The notes under the pieces are model-generated. The model did no database searches. It saw nothing but the letters and a program-made list of their open reading frames with translations, and was not told where the DNA came from. The translations under genes were made by a program, and so were the position numbers. 56,458 nucleotides of DNA from an uncultured archaeon (GTDB lineage Archaea; Aenigmatarchaeota; Aenigmatarchaeia; QMZP01). The DNA lies in contig CAZSLL010000007.1 of the NCBI GenBank assembly GCA_964607835.1, forward strand, positions 1 through 56,458, given 5' to 3'. This document shows, one piece after another, positions 39,672 to 49,013 of this stretch (position 1 is the first letter of the stretch; each line of letters opens with the position of its first letter).

Positions 39672-40865
39672 ATGATGTGGGTCGAGGACATAAGGAAGCG
39701 GGCCTCCCTGGGAAAGGCCCCGGTCATATCCGGGAGGTGCGCCAAGCTCGGAAGGGTGAGCTTTGACGACCTGGTCTTCGTGCCCGCCCAGCTGGCCAGG
39801 AGGCCACACGACTATTTCAGGGAGAAGATTTCATCCTCCACAATTATTGGCAGCATGAGCAGGAAGCCCCTCAGGCTCTCCATGCCCATCATGATTGCCG
39901 GCATGAGCTTCGGCGCTCTCTCCAAGGAGGCAAAGGTGTGCCTGGCCAGGGCCAGCTCCAGGGCAGGGATATCCACCAACACCGGCGAGGGGGGCATGCT
40001 CCCTGAGGAGAGGAAGGAGGCAAAGCTGCTGGTGGCCCAGTACTCCACAGGCAGGTTCGGGGTGGATGATGCCTATCTCAGGGCCGCTGATGCAGTGGAG
40101 ATAAAGATAGGCCAGGGAGCCAAGCCGGGCCAGGGCGGGCTCCTCCCGAAGGGCAAGGTCACCCCTGAGATAGTCAGGGTGCGAAAGCTTCCCAGACAGA
40201 TGGATGTGCACTCCCCTCCCTGCCATCCTGACATACACACCCCCAGGGACCTCAGGAAGAAGGTGGATTTGCTTCGCAAGAAGACCGGGGGAAAGCCCGT
40301 CATAATCAAGCTGGGTGCAGGTGACGTGGAGGCTGATGTCAGGCTGGCCCTGAAGGCAAGGCCTGATGTAATAGCCATAGACGGCATGTCTGGCGGGACA
40401 GGGGCCGCCCCTGAGATAATGCTCGATGACTTCGGGTTGCCTGTGCTTCCCGCGATAGTCCAGGCCCGGGCGGTCATGGACAGGGCCAGGGCAAAGCAGG
40501 AGCTCATTGTGGGAGGGGGCTTCTCCAAGGGAGCTGACATAGGAAAGGCCCTTGCCATGGGGGCTGACGCGGTCTTCATGGGATTCCCGATGATGATTGC
40601 CATGGGCTGCCTGTACTGCAGGCAGTGCTACAAGGGGGAGTGCCCCAACGGCATCGCCACCCAGGACCCCAGGAAGAGGAAGAGGCTCAACATGGAGCTG
40701 GCAACCCAGAACGCCCTCAACTTCCTGGTGTCCTGCAACGAGGAGATAAAGATGGCCGCCGCTGCGTGCGGCTGCCCGGACGTGCACGGTCTAAGGCCCA
40801 CTGACCTCAGGTCCCTTACCTTCGGCATGTCCAGGATTTCCGGTGTAAAGCTCGCCGGGGACTGA
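39672..40865 (+). CDS. FMN-binding glutamate synthase domain protein (stand-alone)
   Basis: MSFGALS, NTGEGG, EIKIGQGAKPGQGG, CLYCRQCYKGECPNGIATQDP Fe-S motif. The exact start (39663 or 39672) is uncertain. Confidence 0.9.
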   Translation: MMWVEDIRKRASLGKAPVISGRCAKLGRVSFDDLVFVPAQLARRPHDYFREKISSSTIIGSMSRKPLRLSMPIMIAGMSFGALSKEAKVCLARASSRAGISTNTGEGGMLPEERKEAKLLVAQYSTGRFGVDDAYLRAADAVEIKIGQGAKPGQGGLLPKGKVTPEIVRVRKLPRQMDVHSPPCHPDIHTPRDLRKKVDLLRKKTGGKPVIIKLGAGDVEADVRLALKARPDVIAIDGMSGGTGAAPEIMLDDFGLPVLPAIVQARAVMDRARAKQELIVGGGFSKGADIGKALAMGADAVFMGFPMMIAMGCLYCRQCYKGECPNGIATQDPRKRKRLNMELATQNALNFLVSCNEEIKMAAAACGCPDVHGLRPTDLRSLTFGMSRISGVKLAGD

Positions 40866-40960
40866 CAAACCCGGGGTTTTCCGGCAGTTTCGCATTAAGC
40901 GTGTGAGAAATAATTCTTCCGGTAACCCCCGGAATTTCTGGATTTCTCCCAGACAAGATA

Positions 40961-41473
40961 TTACCAGTATCCCACTCTTATCCTGAGGAGCTTCCCTGTG
41001 TCGCTCACCGCAGCCCTTTTCACCTCTGCGTAGGGCCTGCCCTGGGGAGGGGTGCCGCAGTCCACCAGCCTGGTCTCGCCGGGGTCGTCGAACCGGTCCA
41101 CGACCAGGCTCATGCCGTGGTATTCGGGGTCCACGTCCATGGCCCTGAGGAAGCCCTCGTAACCTGATGAGCAGAAATTATCCATGCTCAGGAGCTTCCC
41201 GGTGTCAAGCACAGGCCAGTCCTGGGCCAGGCCAGGCTCCTCCGGGATCATGTTCGGAGAGCTCCCTGACCAGTTTCCCTCTGTCCTCACCAGGGCCTCT
41301 GAGGCCTGCCACGCCCTGCTCTCCAGCACGCCCAGCCCGTGCTCCCTGGCGTACATGTTGACGTTGGTGTTCATGAATGATATGACGTACATCACGATGG
41401 CCAGAAAGAAGAGCGTGGCGATTATGAACTCGAACACGGTCTGGCCCTTCCTCTGCCCGGAGCCATGGTTCAT
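40961..41473 (-). CDS. Type IV pilin-like protein with class III signal peptide (170 aa)
   Basis: RKG/QTVFEFIIATLFFLAIV: basic residues, Gly at -1, Glu at +5, then a hydrophobic helix. Confidence 0.8.
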   Translation of the reverse strand: MNHGSGQRKGQTVFEFIIATLFFLAIVMYVISFMNTNVNMYAREHGLGVLESRAWQASEALVRTEGNWSGSSPNMIPEEPGLAQDWPVLDTGKLLSMDNFCSSGYEGFLRAMDVDPEYHGMSLVVDRFDDPGETRLVDCGTPPQGRPYAEVKRAAVSDTGKLLRIRVGYW

Positions 41474-41505
41474 AATAATATATATCTTCCGCCAATATAA
41501 TTAAT

Positions 41506-42564
41506 ATGCGGCTTGCCCTGCTTTCTCTGCCCCTGATGCTCATCCTCCTCACCTCTGGATGCACCAGCCTGGGCGGGTTCTGCATCCCTGGCTTCACCTG
41601 CGACACCCTTGTCGAGGAGACCGATGACGTCATTGTCATAGAGAGCCTGCAGGCACTCCCTGACAACATCCCGCCCGAGGGAACGCTCAAGCTCGTTGCG
41701 ATAGTGAGCAACGTGGCTGACGTGGACGCGGAGATTCAGGAGGTCCCTGTGTTCGTCCACCTCTATGATCACTGCTCAGGCATGTTCACCATACAGGACG
41801 TACAGGGCGGCGCTGAGGGCACTGAGGTTGTTGCCCAGGGCGTCGAGAAAAACAGCGCGGTCCAGAAGACCCTCCTCAGGGGCGAGAAGGCTCAGATAGA
41901 GTGGACCCTGAAGGCAGGGGGCAGGGAGAGCATCCCGGTGGAGAGCGAGTGCACATTCAAGGTCCGGGCCGCCTACCAGTACGCCACCAAGAGCCTCACC
42001 ACCCTGCACTTCATTGACTACCAGGAGATGCAGAGGCAGATAAGCGAGGGCGCATACAAGCAGACAGGCAGCTACATCTCCACAGGACACGGTCCCATAA
42101 AGCCCTACCTCAGGGTGGAGGGCACCCAGCCCATCCCTGTTAGCGCAGAAGGCGGGGGCGACACCAACCAGGTGAACACGGTACTGTCCCTCCAGGTGGT
42201 GAACAAGGGCAGCGGATTCTTGTCCTCGTGGTTCGGCCATGACCCCGATACAGAGGGGAATTCCATCAAAAAGGACCTCGTCAGCTTCCAGGTGAGCCAG
42301 GATACTCAGGGGTCGGGCTTCAAGAGCTTCCTGAATGAAGACTGCAGGGCAAAAATACCTGAGAAGGGCCTCAAGCTCATCGATGGCGAATCCACCAAGA
42401 TAATGTGCCCCATGGAGGACATGGAGATAGGAAAGGTCCCTGTGGAGTCCACCAGGACTATCCAGGTCTTGCTTGGGGAGACAGGCGCTGACGGCGACAT
42501 AACGCAGGGATACTGGTACGAGTTCAGGAAGCAGGCCACCGTGAAGGTGGAGCCCAGGTTCTGA
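41506..42564 (+). CDS. Putative lipoprotein, paralog 1 of 3 (352 aa)
   Basis: Lipobox-like LTSGC after a hydrophobic stretch. Shares R..Y.Y.T and final Y.Y motifs with the next two genes. Confidence 0.85.
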   Translation: MRLALLSLPLMLILLTSGCTSLGGFCIPGFTCDTLVEETDDVIVIESLQALPDNIPPEGTLKLVAIVSNVADVDAEIQEVPVFVHLYDHCSGMFTIQDVQGGAEGTEVVAQGVEKNSAVQKTLLRGEKAQIEWTLKAGGRESIPVESECTFKVRAAYQYATKSLTTLHFIDYQEMQRQISEGAYKQTGSYISTGHGPIKPYLRVEGTQPIPVSAEGGGDTNQVNTVLSLQVVNKGSGFLSSWFGHDPDTEGNSIKKDLVSFQVSQDTQGSGFKSFLNEDCRAKIPEKGLKLIDGESTKIMCPMEDMEIGKVPVESTRTIQVLLGETGADGDITQGYWYEFRKQATVKVEPRF

Positions 42565-42619
42565 AGCCCTGAAAGCGGAAACCAGGAAACTTATAAATTA
42601 GTTACAGGCCAAATATAAT

Positions 42620-43597
42620 ATGGTATTAATGGCGGCCATAAATTCTTCCGGCATGAGGAGCCTTTTTCTAATCCTGCCTCTCGCCGTGCTCGTTCTTGCC
42701 TCCGGGTGCACCACTGACAGCGGAAGCGGGGTGGCCTACGGAAAGGGCGTGATCATAGAGGGCTTCGAGTCTGACCTTGGCTCGCTTTCCATAGAGTCAG
42801 AGGACGCCGTGAGCCTCATGCTCAAGGTCAAGAACAAGGGCAGTGTGGAGGCAACTGACGTGGAGGCCGTGCTCATAGGCATTGATGTTGACGAGTGGGG
42901 AACCGGCTTCTCCTGGGACAGCGAGAAGGACCTGGGAGATTTGGTTGCCCCTGACCCCACCACCAGCACAGAGGGAGGCACCCGCCAGGTGCAGTGGAAC
43001 CTCGAGGCGCCCAACCTCCCCAAGGGCACTGAGTTCACCTACGAGCCCACTGTGAGGGTGTTCTACGACTACAAGACCAGGGCCACCAAGCCCGTCACCC
43101 TCGTGGACGTCGATGAATTGAGGAGAATCGTGCAGCAGGGCAAGACCCTCCCCGGCGGCTCCACCAGCTCCTCCGCAGGACCGCTTTCCATAGAGGTGAG
43201 GACCGGGGACTTCGTGAAGACCCAGGACTACAGGGACCCCTTCCCGCTCAACGTTTTCATAACCAATGACCTCTGGGAGAGCGGCGGCTCTGTCATAGAG
43301 GGCTCCGGCTACTACGGTGGATACGGCTTCGAGGAGCTGAGGTACCCGGTAAAGGTCACCATAACCCTTCCCGAGGGCATGAGCCTGGAGTCATCAGAGG
43401 GATGCAGCACATCCGGCGATTGGGTGGAGCTCTGGAAGGGCAAGTCAGCTGAGATGACCTGCGAGGTGAGGATTGACGACCCGCCAGAGTACAGGCAGGA
43501 TAAGGTCATCCAGGTCGAGCTCGAGTACAGGTACTACATTGACGCCTCCACAAGCATAAACGTGATAGGCACTGACGAGTCCTGGTCATGGAACTGA
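42620..43597 (+). CDS. Putative lipoprotein, paralog 2 of 3 (325 aa)
   Basis: LASGC lipobox, LKVKNKGSVEA, RVFYDYKT. The start may instead be the ATG at 42653. Confidence 0.85.
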   Translation: MVLMAAINSSGMRSLFLILPLAVLVLASGCTTDSGSGVAYGKGVIIEGFESDLGSLSIESEDAVSLMLKVKNKGSVEATDVEAVLIGIDVDEWGTGFSWDSEKDLGDLVAPDPTTSTEGGTRQVQWNLEAPNLPKGTEFTYEPTVRVFYDYKTRATKPVTLVDVDELRRIVQQGKTLPGGSTSSSAGPLSIEVRTGDFVKTQDYRDPFPLNVFITNDLWESGGSVIEGSGYYGGYGFEELRYPVKVTITLPEGMSLESSEGCSTSGDWVELWKGKSAEMTCEVRIDDPPEYRQDKVIQVELEYRYYIDASTSINVIGTDESWSWN

Positions 43598-43636
43598 GCC
43601 AACACATTAATACATTCCTGAACCAATTAATTACCA

Positions 43637-44563
43637 ATGAGACACCTCTTTGCCTTCCTGCTGACAGCCTCCATAGTGGCGGCATCCGGCTGCACCACCA
43701 GCCTGGAGACAGGCAATGGGGTGGCCATCCAGGATTTCTCGCCCACCCTGAGCGAGGTCAACCCGGGAGAGCCCCTGGAGCTAAACCTGAAGGTAAAGAA
43801 CATTGGCTCTGTTAAGGCGCAGAACGTGTTTGCCGAGGTGCTTGGCCTGGACGAGGACTGGGCAGCCTCCAGCGGACAGCCCGCAGCGGGAGGGGAGAAA
43901 CTCCCCCAGCAGGAGTGGTGCCGCTACACCGATGATTCGGGCCACACTGAGCTCATGCCCCCTGACATGGTTTTCGGCACAGAGGGCGAGACAGCCTCCT
44001 GCACCTGGCTCTACCGGACCCCCGGGGATTACCCCTCAGGTTTTGACCCCGAGTACAAGGTCACGGCCAGGGTTTACTATGACTACAGGACAGACCTTGT
44101 CAAGAGCATTGTGCTGGTGCCCACCAGGGAGATGATAGAGTACAACCGCCAGGGCCGCTCTCTGCCGGCTGACACCGTGAGCGCCACCCGTTCCCCTGTC
44201 ACTGTCACCGCAATCACTGACACCCCCATAAGGTTCTGGGAGAATGAGGCAGAGTTCCCCCTGAGGATAACGGTTTCCAACACAGGGGGCGGCATGGTAT
44301 GCCTCAGGGGAGAGTGCAAGAAGGCCCAGCACGGAACAGACTCCTGGAACAAGCTAACCCTGAAGGTACACGGGAATGGCTTCACAATCCCTGACAATTG
44401 CCAGGAAAGGGTGGTAAGCGTATGGCCGGGAAGGGACAACTCCATAACATGCGACCTCAGGGTCAGCACGGCAGACATAATGGGCAGGCAGGAGAAAACC
44501 CTGGGGATAACAGCGGAATACAGCTACTTCACTGACGCAGTGTCCTCGGTCACGGTAATCTAG
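43637..44563 (+). CDS. Putative lipoprotein, paralog 3 of 3 (308 aa)
   Basis: AASGC lipobox, LKVKNIGSVKA, RVYYDYRT. Confidence 0.85.
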   Translation: MRHLFAFLLTASIVAASGCTTSLETGNGVAIQDFSPTLSEVNPGEPLELNLKVKNIGSVKAQNVFAEVLGLDEDWAASSGQPAAGGEKLPQQEWCRYTDDSGHTELMPPDMVFGTEGETASCTWLYRTPGDYPSGFDPEYKVTARVYYDYRTDLVKSIVLVPTREMIEYNRQGRSLPADTVSATRSPVTVTAITDTPIRFWENEAEFPLRITVSNTGGGMVCLRGECKKAQHGTDSWNKLTLKVHGNGFTIPDNCQERVVSVWPGRDNSITCDLRVSTADIMGRQEKTLGITAEYSYFTDAVSSVTVI

Positions 44564-45831
44564 AAGTCCATTATGCTTCTCTGCTTGCCCTCGGGCGCGT
44601 TCTCCAGCACCCCTGTTCTTATACTCTCTCCATGAAAGAGGGGTTTCCCGTACTCCCCGTCATACCCTGGCTGGATTTTCACCAGGCCGTCCCTCACTTT
44701 CCTTATGGCCTCGGCTATCCTGGGGTCCACCACACTGGCCATGTCCCCCTGGGAGGCCTCCAGAAGGACCCTGTACTCTGAGCCGAATGCCTCCATGAGC
44801 TTTCCGTGCTCCTGCCACACCTTCTTCGTGGCCACCATACCTCCCCCTTTCATGGCCGCTATTATCTCAGAGAGGGGAATGAGGCTGGTGAAGGGCTTTG
44901 CGTTCTCGGGCCTGAATCCCTCCTCCCGGTCAGCCAGCTCCTCAATCCGGTTGAGCACCCCTATGGTCATGGGCCTCTTGCAGACCGGGCAGAGCTTCCC
45001 TGCATTGTTGGACTCTGCGGGCTCCATGCACACTTTGCACGCCCTGTGCCCGTCCAGATGATACTTTCCCTCTTCTGGGAAGAATTCTAATGTCTTAACC
45101 AGGTTTTCTCCTGTTCTGACGGAGTTGATGATATTCTTATATGACATAGATCCTGTAAATGCAGTTACCTCCCTTCCCAGCCTCCAGGGCCAGGCAGAAT
45201 GCGAGTCAGAGAATGAGACCAGCTGGAACCTGTCCAGCTGGGAGAGCCTCCAGTTCATGGCAGGGTCGCTGGAGAGCCCGGTCTCCAGGGCATGTATGTG
45301 CCTTGCCTGGTCCCCGAAGCACTCCTCCACTGAGTCGAACCCGCTCTTGCTTCCCAGCAGCCCGAACCACGGGGTCCATATGTGTGCTGGTATTACCTCG
45401 ATGTCATGGGAGATTTCCCTCAGTTTTTCCACCATCTCTATGGAGGAGAAACCGAATATGGGCCTTCCGTCGTAGTCCAGCCTTCCCCTGGAGCCCAGCC
45501 ACTCGTTGACCTGGTCCACGACCTCGAAGCTCGGCGCCAGGATGACGTGGTGCACGCGCCTGCCCTTGCCCCCTTGGGTGTAGATGAGGGAGATTTCCGC
45601 TGTGAGCATGAAGTCCATGCCGTTGTATCGGTAGATTCCGCTTCCCGGCCCTGTCTCCCTGAGCTTTGACTTGAGCTCCTTCAGCCATTCGGGGTGGGTA
45701 AAATCCCCTGTACCGAGAAGGTTGATTCCCTTGACCTTTGACCACTTGGAGAGCTCCTCGATGTTCATCATCTTGGAGGTTGCCCTGCTGTAGTGGCTGT
45801 GGATGTGCAGGTCAGCATATATTGTATTCAT
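44560..45831 (-). CDS. Endonuclease Q family / PHP-domain protein
   Basis: ADLHIHSHYSRATS, GTGDFTHP, PAHIWTPW, ETGLSSDP, SDSHS, and Zn motif C..C...CPVC. Confidence 0.9.
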   Translation of the reverse strand: MNTIYADLHIHSHYSRATSKMMNIEELSKWSKVKGINLLGTGDFTHPEWLKELKSKLRETGPGSGIYRYNGMDFMLTAEISLIYTQGGKGRRVHHVILAPSFEVVDQVNEWLGSRGRLDYDGRPIFGFSSIEMVEKLREISHDIEVIPAHIWTPWFGLLGSKSGFDSVEECFGDQARHIHALETGLSSDPAMNWRLSQLDRFQLVSFSDSHSAWPWRLGREVTAFTGSMSYKNIINSVRTGENLVKTLEFFPEEGKYHLDGHRACKVCMEPAESNNAGKLCPVCKRPMTIGVLNRIEELADREEGFRPENAKPFTSLIPLSEIIAAMKGGGMVATKKVWQEHGKLMEAFGSEYRVLLEASQGDMASVVDPRIAEAIRKVRDGLVKIQPGYDGEYGKPLFHGESIRTGVLENAPEGKQRSIMDF

Positions 45832-47062
45832 CTATAATATCCTCAAAGTCTTCAGTCTTGATTAAGCCAATTTTTTCCAGATTCCTATAATGTTCTATTA
45901 AATTATTTAATAGCTTTGGATATTGTTCTTCCTTGAACTTCTCCAAATCTGAATCTCTTCTCCTTTGATTACTGGGAAGGGAAAGGAATCGTTTTGCAAA
46001 CCTTAGATTGTTCCTTCGATTAAAGCAATATGCGTCTTGAAAAAGAAAAGCCTTGTTCTCTCCCCAACTGGGGGAAACAATCATCCTTGGTTGGGTACTC
46101 ACTATCCTTGTTTTGTATTTAGAGAAGATTTTGTCTAGAAGAGGCTTGGTTTTTTCATCGTATGTGATCTGGTGATTCAACACATGTTTGGTCTGCTGAA
46201 TTGGGCTTCCGTCTCCAGACAATAACCCGTTTATCAAAGGAAACCTGTTGGCTAACGGGGATTCCAGAACATATGTTATTAATCCAAGCATAAATTCTTT
46301 CAGAAGAATACTGCAGAAATGCAATTCCATAATTCCCTGAGGACATGTTACGTTTTTATTGAAATGAAGCGAATCTGAGAATCTTCGGATGCCTGTTTTC
46401 AAACTCCAGTATTCCTCAAGCAATTCCTTTTTGTCGTTAATATTCGGATTGCAGCATATTACTGCCTTTAACTCTTCCCTTTCAATGCAAAAATTTTGAT
46501 TAAGAAAAGACAAAGCACAATTAATGGCCTCAGGCCACGAATTGGTAAACGAGGCCACGGTTTTGCCACCATCAGCAATGTAAAGACCAATAGCAGAAAG
46601 TGTGTTATCATCGAATTCAAGCCCCTTTTTGATGACCAGTTCTTTTTTGCAATATCCTCCTAATATGTAGTAATCTCCGTAATCAAATGAATAAGTGGGA
46701 GTCTTTCCGTCAGTCTTTGCATGTTTAGGTATAACTTGATTGAATGGCTCTTTCATATGGCGCCTTTCTAATGCTCTTTTCTCTGATATTATATCCAAGA
46801 CCTTTACTTTTGGATTTTCCAAACCTTTCTCAGCTTTTAAAGAGATTGTCTTACTATTCGATTCCTGATAAAGCTTCTTGATCCTGATTTTTCTGGATTC
46901 TTTGTCTGAAATCTCTAATAGAGAAATTTCTCTCTCTTTAAATCTGCTTACAATTTCATAAGGAATTGATGCACGAAATCCATAACGAATATGAGGATAG
47001 AATGTATAGTCATCAATTACCTTGTATTTTTCTCTGGAGAAATTGAAACCCCTGTTATACAT
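45812..47062 (-). mobile_element. Free-standing two-motif LAGLIDADG-like homing endonuclease gene, AT-rich
   Basis: Motifs SAIGLYIADGG and LINGLLSGDGS. Sharp composition drop relative to both neighbours. Confidence 0.65.
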
Positions 47063-47127
47063 AGATTAAGCGTTAAACAATAATATAAGAAATTATGGAT
47101 AGGACGGTTCCGCTATTCCGCTAGGCC

Positions 47128-48318
47128 CTAATCATCGCCCTTCTTCTTTTTCTTCTTCTGCATTTCCTTGTAGCGCCTCTCGTACTTGTCCACCCACTCG
47201 GAGACCTTCTTGACCGTGTCGCCTGAGTCTCCCACCCCTGAGGTGTTGCCCACGCCGACCACTATGACCTTGCTTCCCTTCTTGGTCCTCTCCAGGCTCC
47301 TCTTGAGGGCCTGCCTGACCTCGGGCATGGCGTCCTTGATGGCCTTCCTCATGGGCATTATGGCCTCCTCCTGGCTCATCTTGACCACTATGGAGTCCAG
47401 CGGGATTTTCTTTTTGACCACTATCTCTTCTATGTAGGACCTCTCTACTCCGGGCCCTCCCATGGCCACCCCAACGCCCTCTGCCAGTGAACCTGTCTTC
47501 TCTCCCTTGAGCTTGGCAGCGGCGTCAATGGTTATGACCTTCTCCACTTTGTTCTTCTCCATGACCTTTCTCACGGCCTTGCCAGGGAAGCCTATTCTTC
47601 CCCCAGGCCCCTTGGCCTTCATGACTATGAGGGTCCTCCCGTCCATGGGAATCCTTGCCATCACCACGTCCTTGTCCGCCTCAGTGGTTTTTGTCTTGCC
47701 TATGAGGTCAGCAGCCACCAGCGGGCCGAGCCCGTCTCCGATGGGCTCTCCCTTGGAGAGCGCCTTGGTTCCGTTGTACATGGCCTTGGCTATCTTCTCT
47801 ATCATGGGCAGCTGCATCTGCAGCACCATGGCAATCTGGATGTTCTTGGTCTCCCTTACCATCTCAACATAATGCCTTACCACCTTTGCTATCTCGTTCA
47901 CTGTTATGCCCCCCGCCAGGCCCATCTGGAGATTGGCCTGCTTCTCCTTGTCTGCCTTGGGGGCCACCTGGCTCACGAAGTGCTCGAACCTGTCCCTCTG
48001 GTTCATTATCATGTGGTCGAGCCTTCCCACGTAGCCCGTGGGGTCCAGGCTTACCGGTGATATCATGAAGAACTCGAAGAACCTGTCCACAGAGTCCTTG
48101 GTAATCTTGTCAGGCTTCTTGGATATCTCACCGAGAACGTGCTTCCTGGCCTTGTCAGACATGCTCTCCAGGTCCCTGGCGGTCTTCTCGAGCTTCCACA
48201 TTATCTGCGAAACCATGAGCCTGGGGTAAAAGAAGAAGAACACGATTATGAAGAAGAACCAAAGAATCCACGATACCCAGTCACCCCCCGGGCCAATCTG
48301 GAAAAGCGCCTGAGTCAT
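47128..48318 (-). CDS. DUF1512-family archaeal membrane protein
   Basis: N-terminal TM, PIGDGLGP, KAKGPGGRIG, ITIDAAAKLKGEKTGS, VGVGNT. ATG at 48318 (TTG at 48321 possible). Confidence 0.8.
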   Translation of the reverse strand: MTQALFQIGPGGDWVSWILWFFFIIVFFFFYPRLMVSQIMWKLEKTARDLESMSDKARKHVLGEISKKPDKITKDSVDRFFEFFMISPVSLDPTGYVGRLDHMIMNQRDRFEHFVSQVAPKADKEKQANLQMGLAGGITVNEIAKVVRHYVEMVRETKNIQIAMVLQMQLPMIEKIAKAMYNGTKALSKGEPIGDGLGPLVAADLIGKTKTTEADKDVVMARIPMDGRTLIVMKAKGPGGRIGFPGKAVRKVMEKNKVEKVITIDAAAKLKGEKTGSLAEGVGVAMGGPGVERSYIEEIVVKKKIPLDSIVVKMSQEEAIMPMRKAIKDAMPEVRQALKRSLERTKKGSKVIVVGVGNTSGVGDSGDTVKKVSEWVDKYERRYKEMQKKKKKKGDD

Positions 48319-48427
48319 CAAATCACAATACAGAATTATATGTTCCCGCTTCTTTTAAAGCATATGCCTTTTGCCGGGGAAAACCGGAATATTAATAACC
48401 ATGCGCACAATTTAATATTGTGTTACC

Positions 48428-48982
48428 ATGTTCGACTGGAAGATAATGGCTGCCTCCTTCGCGGCCCTGCTCGTGGTCTCCTCCGTCCTTGTGGGGGGCT
48501 TCGGTTTCAACGACATCCTGGGCCAGCTCCAGGACTGGATGGGCGACTCCCCGCTGGACGGCCTCATATCCGCGCCCAACCTTGGCGGCGGCAACAACCC
48601 GGCCTCGGTTACCTTCTTTCCTGACTCTTTCAGCATGGAGGTCTCAGGGGCCAGCTTCGATGCTGGGGGCTCCAGCCTCTCCTCCTTTACAGGGGCCGTT
48701 AGCGCCAACATGTCATCCGACCAGCTAAACCTCCAGCAGGCTGACACAGATCTCATTATAACCGCCCCCCTAACCAGAACAGTGATAGAGGATGCCTCCA
48801 TAGCCTCGGTCTCCCTCGAAAAAACAAAGTTCACGGTGAAGAGCGATGCCCTGGAGACCTCCGGAGACGGGGTTTCCCTGGAGCTAAGGGGCTTCACAGG
48901 AAAGGTAACCCTCACCCCGGACTCTGTCCTGCTGGACGGCAACTTCACCTCTGTCCGCGGCAACGGCAAGGGCATTATCTAG
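48428..48982 (+). CDS. Hypothetical exported or membrane-anchored beta-rich protein (184 aa)
   Basis: Hydrophobic N-terminus, beta-strand periodicity, AT-rich promoter-like region upstream. Confidence 0.75.
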   Translation: MFDWKIMAASFAALLVVSSVLVGGFGFNDILGQLQDWMGDSPLDGLISAPNLGGGNNPASVTFFPDSFSMEVSGASFDAGGSSLSSFTGAVSANMSSDQLNLQQADTDLIITAPLTRTVIEDASIASVSLEKTKFTVKSDALETSGDGVSLELRGFTGKVTLTPDSVLLDGNFTSVRGNGKGII

Positions 48983-49013
48983 GGGGCATGAGCCTTTTCC
49001 CGGTTCCTGGCAT

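Noticed and set aside
45812-47062. Intein or group I intron host for the LAGLIDADG ORF
   Set aside because: No intein splicing motifs (N-terminal C/S, C-terminal HN), and both neighbouring genes are intact and uninterrupted.
48412-48975. 187-aa minus-strand ORF
   Set aside because: Antisense to the 184-aa ORF, which has a signal-like N-terminus and an AT-rich upstream region.
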